Source of the DNA: Takakia lepidozioides
Lineage: Eukaryota > Plantae > Bryophyta
Length of the DNA: 64,000 bases
Direction: 5' to 3'
Assembly (NCBI GenBank): GCA_030704615.1
Contig: CM060731.1
Coordinates: forward strand, 78,988,001 to 79,052,000
Below the pieces are notes generated by a model, which had not been told where the DNA came from, made no database searches, and saw only the letters and a list, made by a program, of their open reading frames with translations. Made by a program: the position numbers and the translations under genes. Positions 24,285 to 36,719 of the stretch are shown here, in pieces. The first letter of the stretch is position 1, and the number at the start of each line of letters is the position of its first letter.

Positions 24285-25662
24285 TTAATAGGGTTGCATT
24301 TTTCCACAGTCCCGATTGTTGCCTGGATCCACATTCAATTGGTTGCAGTAATTCACGTAGTATGTGACACGGTTCTGTGCCTCAGGATTGACTTGTCCGC
24401 ACTCGATGTCCGTTTATTATGTTAATGGTGAGACTGAATCCTAGATATCTGTCGGCATCATAGTCGGTTTGGCTTGGGGACCAATTTCCAACCATAACAT
24501 CACGGCACGACGGTATATTTCTAGATGGGGTTGTCCAGAACCACATAGACGTCATGAACGATATGGTTGGGTCTGAACTTACCAAGTCGGGTTGTGATAA
24601 GATATCAGAACGGCCAATAGCCCAACCAGCAACTCCATAGTTATAGTTCCTGCATCGTCGTGGAATAGCACGTTAGTGAGCCCGCCTTTTGTCTCAACAG
24701 TATATGGAAACTTAGAAATCCTTGCGTCTTGAGATTATCGGTCGTGATCTTTAGTAGCCGGTACAATATTTCTCTCATGAATTTAAATACATAAGTTTAA
24801 CATGCACTTTTTGATCCATACATTGTTGCATAAACAAAGCGAGGTGCTCAATGATCACGCAAATGCAGATTATACTATGGAGCAGCAAATTGAATGTAAG
24901 AGATTTGATTTATATAATTTTTCAAATCAGTGGGCTGATTTTTGTTCACCATGAGAGCTGCAGAGGGCCACGTCCGAAGTATGATTGTCCTGGGGCACAT
25001 GGATACTTGGTATTGTTAGAGTCACAGTAGTCGTCATTCCCAGGGAGCTCGTTGATGTAATATAGCCCTATTGCCATTGAAGCACGAAAACAAGTGTAAC
25101 AGTTCAGACTCAAACTAAATGCGAAAACTTGAATCGGGACTTATGTGCTAAAATTTGTACTGAGTTCATTCATTCTAAACTGAGTACTTCACAAAATCAA
25201 TTGCTCAAGTGATTGAGTGACCGTAGAGTTACTACTGTAGAGTGCGATGCCACTGATGTTTGTAAGCTGCAGAAACTATGCACCCCTCCATTCACCTTCT
25301 TCGACTGAAATTATTTTGACTCAAATCGAAGGTACCACGATACCTGTTGTTTCTTGTTGTACATGAGCGGCGAACGCTGCGATCTCTCGCAACTGGGTCG
25401 AATAGTCGCCCGTGGTTCCAAAAGTTGAGTGTATTTTTGTCGCACTAATGAATGAATCGTATGTGTAGAAACTGTTCCGGTTCGGGAAGAGACTGTCAAA
25501 CACTTGACTGGTGATTATGTCTCCCACCCAGTTGCGCTTTGGGGTGCTGACAAGCATATCGTGTGCACAAAGTATTTCGTTCCCGCAATTCTGAGCCATA
25601 CACATATAGATTACGGATGTAAGTACTGTCCAGAATACTACTATATACTGTATAGCTCCCAT
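24285..25662 (-). pseudogene. Glycoside hydrolase family 19 chitinase (signal peptide, no hevein domain), 3 exons, frameshift in exon 3
   Basis: Exons 25662-25344 (FYTYDSF..REIAAFAAHVQQETT), 25067-24950 ([24 protein letters not shown]) and 24649-24285 (NYNYG..SMWFW..NIING/IECG..YCNQLNVDPGNNRDC). The frame shifts at ~24408 (aac gga c atc gag tgc). Confidence 0.92.
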
Positions 25663-26189
25663 TTTCCGGGAACAAAGTTTCGAAGGAGATTCATGAGAAT
25701 GGCGAGGAGATCATACCGAATGTAAAACTAAGATTCAACTATTGCATCTGAGGTCTTTGGAGACTGGTGGTTTCTATCTGGACATAGGGCTTTAGTATGG
25801 ATCAATCGTTCAGACATTCATTGAGGAAAAAAACTCTTAACTACATGAAGCCAAAAATCCCACTGTTTCACAAGCCGAATCTCGCAACGTGCGCTTGGAG
25901 GACTGGAATAAAGTTGTCATACGCTCTCGAGTTCTTATACTGCTCCACCTTATACGCCTGCATATCCCACTTACCCTTTGTGGGTCTGTTTGACTGGCCA
26001 TAATACCATGTTGTCTCTCCGCCATAAGAAGGCAAAAGAATCGGGGCTTCTCCTCCGACTTTCCCGAAAGCATCTCAATTATTAGGGATTGCGCATTAGC
26101 AAGATTCAGCTTCCAGAAGCCTAACCCCTCTGACTGAAACCCACTCATTCCATGCATTCATTGGCAATTGAATTCTATGGATTGTTATA

Positions 26190-26530
26190 TGTTTCAATGT
26201 TTGGGGCGGGAGGTCATATGTTCCATGAGACGCATAGTAACTGCCTACCATCAATTATCAAGGAACATGAATGAAAATTGTTTAGGGCCGGATTTTATAT
26301 GTTCCATGATACGCCTAATAACTTCCTACCATAAATTATCAAGGAACATGAATGAAAGTTTTTTGCGGTTGGAAGTTATATGTACCATGAGACGCCTAGT
26401 AATTGCCTACCATCAATTATCAAGGAACATGAATTAAAATTGTTTAATGTGGCCAAAACTTATATGTTCCATAAGAGTACAACCTAGTGGTTGACTAGCT
26501 ATTATCAAGGAACATGGACAAAAATTGCTC
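26190..26530. repeat. Tandem repeat, ~81-bp unit x ~4, upstream of the chitinase
   Basis: atatgt(t/a)ccat recurs at 26216, 26297, 26378 and 26462; each unit holds an atgttcc...ggaacat inverted pair. Confidence 0.9.
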
Positions 26531-28406
26531 AGTATGGTTCGTAGCAGTTGTTATACATCTACGTAATGCATTTCAGGTGTGGCTTCTTTTGTATTCTAAT
26601 GGGGGATTCCTTGACAATATTTTAGAGTAGATTTTTGAAATTCTAGGGTAGACTCAAAAAATTGTGAGTAAGAATTGGACGGTATGGATGTTGGTTAATC
26701 CTACGGTAACTTGATCCAATGGCTGGAATGGATTACAGTGGAACCACTAGACCACTAAGGATTCTCGGGCTTTAAGTGATATTTTTGGGAGTCCGACAAG
26801 ATGGAATCCCGAGCGGCCCAGTGCATCTGCATTACATAATGTGTTTCAATTTTTGTGGCTATAAGTTAGATGTTCTCCATGTGACGGAGCCCACCAACAA
26901 ATGTCAAGGAATCAATATATGAAGGAAGTTAGATGTTCTCCATGAGACGGAGCCCACCAACAAATGTCAAGGAATCAATATATGAAGGAAGCCAGTTTGT
27001 TTTGTTTTGTTTTGTTTTGTCACGTTGAGATGTCTCCAACCGCGGGCCCCAGCCCTGGTGCTTGGTAACGTTGGAAAGCCCTGGATGAGGAGGGGTGCAC
27101 GGGCTTGACCTCATAGTTTTTGGACCTGCTGTGTGGGAGATGTGGAATTTCAAGTACTTTTGGTCGCTCAAATTTCCGAAAAATAGCAAGGTGGGCATTT
27201 GTCGGGCAATGGTTGGAGCCTCGACAGGAGAGATATGAATGGAAAGGTCTCCGGTTCAAATCTGGTCATGGGCTCCGTGGAAAAAAAATGATTAGATATG
27301 GCTTGCTTCATATATTGATGCACTTGGACTTAGATGACATTGGACACTTGGGCCAACGGCACAGGCTACAGTTTGTTTGTTTGTTTTGTTGTTTTGTTTT
27401 GTCACGTTGAGATGTCCCAAACCGGGAGGGCCCATGCATGGTGCTTGGTACCATTGGAAAGCCCTCGATGAGGAGGGGTGCACGGGCTTGGTTTCGGAAT
27501 TTTTGGACCTGCGGTGTGGGTACTTTTGGTCGCTGTAAATTCATGAAAAATAGCAAAGTGGGCTTTCCTGGGACAATGATTGGAGCCTCAACGGGAGATA
27601 TATCAATAATGATTGGATATATATTACTACTCAATAAATTCATAGAAAAAAATAAATGGGGCCTTGACATGGAAGACGTACTTGGATACATAGGAGATTG
27701 CACTTGGTCTTAGATAACACTGGACACTTGGGCCTCTACATGGTAGATGCACTTGGATACATGAATAGAAGATTGCACTTGGGCTTAGATGGGCCTCGAC
27801 ATAGGAGACGCACTTGGTCTTAGATTTCAATTCTTCACATGGGCCAACAGCATAGGCTACATTAGAGGTCGCATTTGGGCCTCGACATAGGAGATGCACT
27901 GAGATACGTAGAAGATCTTACACTTGGGCTTAGATGGCATTGGACACTTGGGCCAACGGCACAAGCTATCTTAGAGGTCGCATTTGGGGCTCGACATAGG
28001 AGACACACTTGGATGGATCGGGGATTGCACTTAGACTTAGATGACACTGGACACTTGGGCCAATGGCACACGCTACCCTAGTCAATATATGAAGGAAGTC
28101 AGTTTGTTTGTTTGTTTAGTTTTGTAGCGTTGAGATGTCCCAAACCACAAGGCCCCAGCCCTGGTGCTTGGTACCGTTGGAAAGCCCTCAATGAGGAGGG
28201 GTGTACCGGCTTGGTCTCATGATTTTTGGACCTATGGTGTGAGTGATGTCGAGTTTCAAGTACTTCTGATCACAGGAAATTCGTGAAAAATAGCAAAAGG
28301 GGCTTTCCTAGGACAATTATTGGAGCCTCGACGGGAGATATACCAATAATGATTGGATATATTACTATTCAATAAATTCATGGAAAAAAATAAATTGGGC
28401 CTTGAC

Positions 28407-28687
28407 CAGTGTTTATTTTTCAAATTTTCAAAATAACAGGAGTGACTACTGAGTTTTGCAAGAAATAGCCATATTTTCTATTCATCTCCTGAAATTTGGA
28501 CAGAATCATCCTCCTCTATACTTTCATCCAAGTATATATCATCCATATTAGGCAAATTCATCCAAGATTTATAATTTGTTTTGGAGAAGTTTGGCGATTT
28601 CATCCATGAGAAAATAGGAAATTTATGACATAATATTCGATTTTTATTTTTGAGGTCGAAAAAGTGCGAAATTTAATAAAAACACTG
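28407..28687. mobile_element. hAT-type MITE (281 bp)
   Basis: TIRs CAGTGTTT.../...AAACACTG; perfect 8-bp TSD gccttgac (28399-28406 and 28688-28695). Confidence 0.9.
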
Positions 28688-28719
28688 GCCTTGACATAGG
28701 AGACGTACTTCAATATATA

Positions 28720-28812
28720 CTATAGGGCCCACCCCCGAAAGGGGGCAGTAGCCGTGAGGCGAAGTGGCTCTCAATTACGCCGGCTGCGTCCGGAGTCTTT
28801 TTTATCTCTCTC
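28720..28812 (-). repeat. Inverted copy of the hairpin repeat at 6437-6512
   Basis: cccccgaaaggggg stem-loop and flanks match the reverse complement of 6437-6512. Confidence 0.75.
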
Positions 28813-29824
28813 TACATAGGAGATTGCACTTGGGCTTATTAGATAACATTGGACACTTGGGCCTCTACATGGGAGATGCACTTGGTTAGTACATGAATTG
28901 CACTTGGGCTTAGATGGACCTCGACATAGGAGGCGTACTTGAATACATAGGAAATTGCACTTGGTCTTAGATTTCAATTCTTCACACATGGACCAACGGC
29001 AGAGGCTACACTAGAGGTCACATAAATGGGCCTCGACATAGGAGACGCACCGGGATACATAGGAAATTGCACTTGGTATTAGATTTCAATTCTTCACACA
29101 TGGGTCAAAGGTATAGGCTACCCTAGAGGTCGCACTTGGGCCTCGACATAGGAGACGCACTGGGATACATAGAATATCTTACCCTTGGGCTTAGATGACA
29201 CTGGACACTTCGGCCAATGGCACATGCTATCCTAGAGGTCGCATCTGGCCTCGACATAGAAGATGCACGAATTGGATACATAGGGGATTGCACCTTGGAC
29301 TTAGATGACACTTGACACTTGGGCCAACGGCATAGGCTACCCTCGTATGAATGAAAATTGTGCCACATAGTTGGTCGCAGTTGTGTGAACAAGTTGGTAA
29401 ATTAGCCATATGTAACTATTGTGTGGACATGAAAGTTAGTGTTCTAGGCGTGTTGACTATTGGCTATCTAATTGCTGTTACGTACTGCCATCCGTGCATG
29501 GAAAGAAACGGAGAACAATTGGAATCAATACATGAAGCGAGACGTTTGTTTTATTTTGTTTGTTTTGTAGCGTCGTTGAGATCTCCCAAACCGCGAGGCC
29601 CCAACCCCGGTGCTTGGTACCGTTGGAAAGCCCTCGATGAGGAGGAATGCACCGGTTTGGTCTCATGATTTTTGGACCTGCGGTGTGGGAGATATGGAAT
29701 TTCAAGTACTTTTGGTCACTGGAAATTCTCGAAACATTGCAAAGTGGGAATTCTTGGAGTCTTGACAGGAGAGATATCAAGGGAAAGGTCTCCGGTTCAA
29801 ATCTGGTCATAGGCTATGTGGAAA

Positions 29825-30685
29825 GCCCGTCACAGCCCCACAGGCCACTGGGCACAGCCTGTCACAGCCCCTCACAGCCCGTCACAGCCCCACAGGCGAG
29901 TGGGCACAGCCTGTCACAGCCCCTCACACCCCCACAGGTGAGTGGGCACACCCTGTCACAGCCCCTCACAGCCCCACAGGCCATAGGGCACAGCCTGTCA
30001 CAGCCCCTTGTAGCCCGTCACAGCCCCACGGGCCACAGGGCACAGCCTGTCACAGCCTGTCACATCCCGTCACAGCCCCACAGGCCACAGGGCACAGCCC
30101 CTCATAGCCCATCACAGCTTGCCATAGCCTGTCACAGCCCGTCACCATAGGGCACAGCCTGTCACAGCCCGCCACAGCCCATCACAGCCCATCACAACTT
30201 GTCACAGCTCGCCACAGCCTGTCACAGCCCGTCACAGCCCCACAGGCCTCAGGGCACAGTCTGTCACAGCCCGTCACAGCCCCACAGGCCTCAGGGCACA
30301 GCCCGTCACAGCCCCAAAGACCACTGGGCACAGCCTGTCACAGCTCACCACAGCCTGACACAGCCCGTCACAGCCCCACAGGGCACAGGGCACAGCCTGT
30401 CACAGCTAGCCACAGCCTATCACAGCCCCTCATAGCCCGTCACAGCTTGCCACAGCCTGTCACAGCCCGTCACAGCCCCACAGGCCACAGGGCACAGCCT
30501 GTCACAGCCCGCCACAGCCCATCACAGCTTGCCACAGCCTGTCACAGCCCGTCACAGCCCCAAAGGCCACTGGGCACAGCCTGTCACAGCCCCTCACAGC
30601 CCCACAGGGCACAGGGCACAGCCTGTCACAGCCCCACAGGCCTCAGGCACGGCCTGTCACAGCCCCTCACAGCCCGTCACAGCCC
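29825..30685 (-). repeat. Degenerate (cacagcc/ggctgtg)-core tandem array in the retroelement leader
   Basis: Dozens of cacagcc cores; the same array in the opposite orientation at 41715-41985. Confidence 0.95.
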
Positions 30686-32221
30686 CATCCATGGCCGCTC
30701 TGGCAGTTTAGCCATTTCTCCAAGGGGTTTAGCCACGCCAAGCTAGGGTTTGTGTCTCTTGGATCCTAGGCTTCTTTCCACCGAGCTATGGCAGCTGTGA
30801 GGAAATCAGCAAGGTATTCTTGCTCTTTCGGCTCCCACACACCACCATAGTAGCCCTAAGCCATGAGGTGGTTGTCACAAACCAAGCCTTCTTTCTCACT
30901 TAGCCTCCCCAAACACGCCACTAAACTCAATGGCAAACAACCAAGCCCTGCTGGTTCCCAGCCCTTGTGAGCACTCATTCAAGCACTCTCCTTGGCCATA
31001 GCATCTGTCTTAGAGCCTATTCCAGCCCCCTACACCTGCTGCTTCAAGAGTTGCGCTCCCTTCAAGCTTGAAGTTGAAACCCCAACTCACATAGGCCCTA
31101 CAAGTGCTTTTCTTTCACTCCAAGTGGAAACCAGCCCTAGACCTTCCGTTCTAGCTCTCTAAAGCTTGAAAACAAGAGCCTCAATGGGCTGAAGGCATGC
31201 TCCACACATGCCCCACTCTCACCATAAGAGAATCAGCTCCTTTGCTTCATTTCTTGCACCCACAAACCTGAAAATACAAGCTTCAGCAGGCTGAAAGCAT
31301 GCTCCACATGCCCTACAGGGAAACCAGCCCCTTCCTTCCTTTCTTGCACTCCCACACCTGAAAGTGCAAGCCTTCACCAGGCTGATAGCATGCTCCACAC
31401 ATGCATTGCCCTCACATAAGGGAAGTCAGCCCTTCCATCTTCCTTGCTTGCCCTCCCAGCTTGAAGATGGAAGCTTCAATGAGCTGAATACATGCTCCAC
31501 ACATGCAACCTCTTCACACAAGAGATATCAGCCCCCTATCTTGGCTCCTTGGCTCCTTGATGCTCTCTAAGACAAGACTAAGCACTCCACAGCCTTTGCC
31601 AAGCTCGTGAAACCCTAAGGCTTACATTTCCAGCCACAAGACACTTCTCTTGTGGTGCAAGAGCTCTTCTTCCAAGCTCTGAAACCCTAGGTGCACATTC
31701 CATGGCCTTGCCGCACCTCTTAGCTCCTGTTCCAGCCCTGCTCTTGCCATGACAAGAGCCCTCTCAATGCTGAAGCTCAAGATTGAAACCCAATCTCACC
31801 ATACTCCACAAAGTGCACTGATTTGCCCCAAACCAAATCAGCCCTTTCGCTTGGTCTTGCAATCCTTCACACAATGAAAGCTCGCATTCCCAAGTCCAGT
31901 TCTCAGCTTTGCCACCAAAGCCACTATAACCTGCTCTTGACTGGTCCTCTTCCCAATCGTGCTTGCTCATGCATGTACACGATCTGAAACCATCAAGGTG
32001 CTCTGGAATTACCTACAGCATGGTGCTTTCATCTCTGAAGCTGAAGATCGAATGCCAAGGTCTACCACCTCGTAACCCACATCGCCTCCGCTTCTAACAA
32101 CCAAGAGCTCCACGGTGCTCCTTGCATAACAACTTGGTTTCTCTCATTCTCAAGAAAAAACCACAAGTGCTACAACTAACTCGTATCTGGCACTCACAGA
32201 TACGAGCTAATCTTTCTCGAG

Positions 32222-32538
32222 TGATAAAGAAGAAGAATACAAGCACGAGCTCACAAATCTGAAACATAAACTCATGCATATATAACCTCATCACTCAAAT
32301 ACAAGTCAAGCCAAGTGCATCCCACGCCATGGGGAATCCACACTACGGCGCCATAGCTAGGCGCGGTGAGGCTCAACTCGAGAAAGATGAGCCTTCCGCG
32401 CTTGCTGTGAAGATAACCACTCCAGGGCCTAAATCTGCCTTGACCCTTGGATTGACACTTGGGCCAATCCCAAATGTCAATATGTAAAAGCTAGCTATTT
32501 CCTAGCTAGTTTCACACTAGTGGTAAAATAACTTGACA
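32222..32538 (-). repeat. Terminal repeat A1 (317 bp) of the Gypsy-like element
   Basis: Near-identical to 53325-53641 (about 4 substitutions by eye). Confidence 0.95.
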
Positions 32539-33536
32539 ACTCTCTGCATCATCGGCGTGTTTTTTGAAGGTTTGCCACGCACGTTTCTCGGCAAGGTTGC
32601 GAACATCTTGCTCCAACAAGAAATCATCGCGGGTCCATGCATCGCCCAAGCCGGTGTTGTTCATCACGTGCTCTTTATGCTCCATCATGATTTGGGCGAC
32701 CGACAGGCCTCGGCACAAACACTTGACGACCCAGGCTTTCAATTCCTCGCTAATGTGTGGTGCATAGGCGTGGCGGGTGTTCCTGAACTCTGCGGACTTC
32801 CCATGCAAGGGTTTCCCTTGCGAGGGTTTCCCTTGCGCATCTGTATGCTCCATGTTGTTGTAGTACGTGAGGACACAGATGTCAGGGGCGAGATAGCATT
32901 GCTGGACCTTGAAACAGCATTGGCAACCACGTTTGTAAGACTCTTCATACTCCGACTTCTTTCTCCTTGGGCCTTTATGAGGGCAAGATGTTCCAGCACC
33001 CACAAGAGGTCCTCCACGCTTCTGTTTTGGATCCTCCACTATTGCCTTGTTGGTGCGTTTGTCATCAGGACCGTAGCAGCATTGATACCTGGACATAAAA
33101 TTCTAAAATCGATATCCAACGACTTAAGAAAGCATAAAATCAGAGAACTCGTGAAACCTAAAAATGGCAACAGACATGCAATGAACGTCAAAATGACTGA
33201 GGATGGTGCACACATAATACTGGACATAAATGTGTTGGCTTTGGGTGCTTTTCGCGAGCCGGGTTCCACTTTAGAATGGACATTCATCCAAAACTGAGTG
33301 GGGTAGTCCTCCAAACTCTCCTCTCCCAGGACGAAGTCACCAACTCTATCCCAAGGTATGCAGGCCTTTTCAACAATCACTCGCACACCCATAAACCCAT
33401 ATTGCGTCTCACTCTTCCAATGGAGATCCTTCCTGTTGAAGGGTCCTGGTTTTGCTGTTTGCAAACATTGTCGAAGAGGCCGTATAAGCGGGCTTTCCGT
33501 GATCAGTATATCATCGGGTTTTGCTTCCACGTCCAT
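32539..33536 (-). pseudogene. MULE transposase, N-terminal part
   Basis: IPWDRVGDFVLGEE, YQCCYGPDD, KRGCQCCFKV, HAYAPHISEELK, TRDDFLLEQDVRN, KKHADDAES; continues in frame at 53823 (VRMWRDQNPAFIFFYQ). Confidence 0.88.
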
Positions 33537-33680
33537 GCCCTATACAGTACAAAGGACAAGCTTCTGAACATGCAAGAAACGCGCCGCAGTACAAGACACA
33601 ATCGACAACGTGCCACGAGAACAGTGCGCACGTCCGCGGCTGCTAGCAAGTGGCAGGCGGCAGGGATGCAAGTTTGAATT

Positions 33681-34027
33681 GCAGCCCTAAAAATGGAGGG
33701 CTCGGATGGGTTATGGGAATGGACGGTGGCGATCCTGCGCCGTCAGCGGACTGGATGGCAGGGGACTAGGCAGCGGACAGGCGGGCAGACTGCTGGGCAG
33801 CCGACTGGCCAGCATCGGACTGGCAGACTGGAGGGCAGCGGACTCGTGGGCGGGGGACTGGCCACGCGGCGGACGGGGGCGCGGACGCAGTTGCTGCAGT
33901 CGCGCCCGCGGCTAGGTGACCGCGCGCAGCGACGGGCGGGTGCTGGGGAGCCGGGTGTCCGTGCGCGGGGCCCACCAGCCACATCGCACGTGCCCATTGA
34001 AGACCATATTATCTTAAAATGAGAGGC
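33681..34027 (-). mobile_element. MULE left terminal inverted repeat (~350 bp)
   Basis: Matches 63587-63933; terminus GCCTCTCATTTTAAG; flank 34028-34036 is the reverse complement of ATTGCAATG. Confidence 0.92.
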
Positions 34028-34229
34028 CATTGCAATAGTTGTATGAACGTTTATTGAGAACAAAATTTTGTTTTAATTGTAATAAATAATAACAACCTAC
34101 AATTTTTGTCAATACATAACAATAAATAGTGTATGTGATTCATAAATGTAATGACCAAAGTTGATACATTTATTGTAGTAGTTGATTTTTTTTATATCCC
34201 TTAAGACTCTTTAATGCCGCCGTAAGGAG

Positions 34230-35810
34230 TCCAATGGGCAATTATAAATAATAATCTACATATTTTTATTTCCTCCCTCTTAGGACTCCTTAGGGTTGTC
34301 CTAAGGAGTCCTAAGAATAATTATAAATAATAATCTATATCTTTTCATTTTCCCACTCTTAAACTTCTTGGGGGTGCCTTAAAGAGTTTTCTAAGGGCGA
34401 CTATTTATAGTAATTCATATATTTCTATTTCTCCTCTCTTTCAACTTTTTAGGGCCACCATCTGAAAGTTTATTTAAAGATAGATGTCCATGCATTATAA
34501 ATGGATATATGAATATTTATCGAAAATAAAATTTCAGTAAATAGCTGTATGAACGTGACAAAATTTTGTTTTAATTGTAATAAATAGTGACAACCTACAA
34601 ATTTTGTTGGTAGATACCAATAAGTGGTACATCCGATTCATAAATTTAATGACCAAAGTCGATACATTTATTGTAGTACTTGATTTTTATTTTTATTTTC
34701 CTAAGGAGTTTTAAGGGCAATTATAAATAACATATATATATATATATATATATTCTTTTTCTTCCTCTTAGGACTCCTTAGGACTGTCCTAAGGAGTCCT
34801 AAAGGCAATTATTATTTATTTATTTATTTCTCCTCTTAGGACTCCTTAGGACAGTCCTAAGGAGTCCTAAAGGTGTATATATATATATATATTTTTTTTT
34901 CTTCCTCTTAGGACTCCTTAGGACTGTCCTAAGGAGTCCTAAAGGCAATTATTATTTATTTATTTATTTCTCCTCTTAGGACTCCTTAGGACAGTCCTAA
35001 GGAGTCTTAAGGGCAAATATATATATATTTTCCTCCTCTTAGGACTCCTTAGGACTGTCCTAAGGAGTCCTAAGGGCAATTATAAATAACAATTTTTTTC
35101 TTTCTTTTCTTAAGACTCCTTAGGACAGTCCTAAGGAGTCTTAAGGGAAAAAAAATATATATATTCCTCCTCTTAGGACTCCTTAGGACTGTCCTAAGGA
35201 GTCATAACAGCAATTATATATATATATATATATATATATTCCTTTTACGAGTCCTTAGGACAATCTTAAGGAGTCCTAAGGGTAATTATATATTAAATAT
35301 ATATATATATATTCTTTCTCTTAGGACTCCTTAGGACTGTCCTAAGGAGTCCTAAGGGTGTATATATATATATATATTTCTTCCTCTTAGGACTCCTTAG
35401 GACTGTCATAAGGAGTCCTAAAAATAATTATAAATAATTTGTTTTGTTTTGTTTTGTTTTGTTTTTTTTCCTCTTCTTAGGACTCCTTAGGACTGTCCTA
35501 AGGAGTCCTAAGGGCAATTATAAATTATAATTGTTTTTTTTTTTCTTCCTCTTAGAATTCCTTAGGACTGTCCTAAGGACAATTATAATTAACATTTTTT
35601 ATTTTTTTTTCCCTCCTCTTAGGACTCCTTAGGACTATCCTAAGGAGTCCTAAGGGGAATTATAAATAATAATTTATATGTATTTATTTTCTCGCTCTTA
35701 GGACTCCTTAGGGCCATCCTAAAGAGTCTTAAGAACAATTATAAAAAATAATTTATATCTTTTTATTTCCCACCTCTTAGGACTCCTTAGGAGTGCTCTA
35801 AGGAGTTATA
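34230..35810. repeat. Array of ~37-bp palindromes (CTTAGGACTCCTTAGGAC-W-GTCCTAAGGAGTCCTAAG) with AT-rich spacers
   Basis: About 20 copies, best preserved at 34765-35660, within an AT-rich element with longer direct repeats at ~34040, ~34490 and ~35870. Confidence 0.95.
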
Positions 35811-36719
35811 TATATAACAATTTATTATTGTAATTTATATATTTCTTTTTTCTCCCTCTTGCGATTATCTAGATAGATGTCCATGCATTAGAAATGGATG
35901 TATGAACATTTATCAAAAATAAAAAATTGTTTTAATTGTAATAAATGATGATAACTTACAATTTTTGCTAGTAGATACCAATAAACGGTACATCCGATTC
36001 ATAAATATAATGACCAAAGTCGATACATTTATTGTAGTACTGAATTTTTTAATTTCCCTAAGGAGTCGTAAGGGCGTCCTGATGATAATTTATAACAATT
36101 TATTTATTTGTTTAGTTTTACTTATTTTTAGTTACCATCTTTTTAGTCATCACCTAAATTAAAATTATTAAAAGTTTAGTTATCAAAGTTATATTATTTT
36201 ATGAACTAAATTAGTAGATGTTTACTATTTAAAATAATCAAAAGTTATTTTAAATCTGACTGTTACTTTATTGCTACATGGAACTAAACATAGGCTTATT
36301 ATTCCACTTAAGTTTAGAAATGGTTTGGCATCCTTCTATCTTTGCTAGACTGAGCAATCGGTGAACCAGATGCGTTTCTAGCACTTGTCCCGTTGTGGAT
36401 GCTCTAGGAGGCTTCCCTTGATTGTATTGCCTTATGGCCCTGTTGAGGTTATTTTTTCGTCGTTGTTTTTTTTTTTGTTTTTTGTTTTTTGTTTTTTTTT
36501 CTTCTTGGGTGAACAGGGGACCATGCCCTGGATTAGATTTATTAAGTTTCTCCCGGGAAAAACAATTAATACCCCTGATTACACCATGAGGCACACACAC
36601 AGTAGTCAGTGAGAATTGAACCGACCTCCTAAATTTGAGTAACAAGGCCTCTGTCCCCTTTACTTTTTTTTCTTTTAAAATAAAAAATAAAAAAAATCTT
36701 TAAGTTTATAGTCTTGTAC

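Larger units (their letters stand above)
26865..29822. repeat. Large block of the modular A/B repeat
   Basis: Module B at ~26990, 27370, 28095 and 29540, with module A runs between; ~60-bp direct duplication at 26865-26990. Confidence 0.9.
29825..32538 (-). mobile_element. 5' portion (repeat A1 plus long leader) of the Gypsy-like element, displaced by inversion
   Basis: Starts TGTCAAG at 32538 directly after TSD GAGT; ends inside the ggctgtg array, which resumes at 41715 on +. Confidence 0.85.

Noticed and set aside
29647-30746. ORFs rich in HSPSQP/TACHS
   Set aside because: Translations of the cacagcc tandem array; open in several frames with no domain signal.
32533-33297. 254-aa plus-strand ORF
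   Set aside because: Antisense shadow of the minus-strand MULE transposase.
34230-35810. CRISPR array (palindromic ~37-bp repeats with spacers)
   Set aside because: Spacers are low-complexity and related to each other, there are no cas genes, and the context is eukaryotic.
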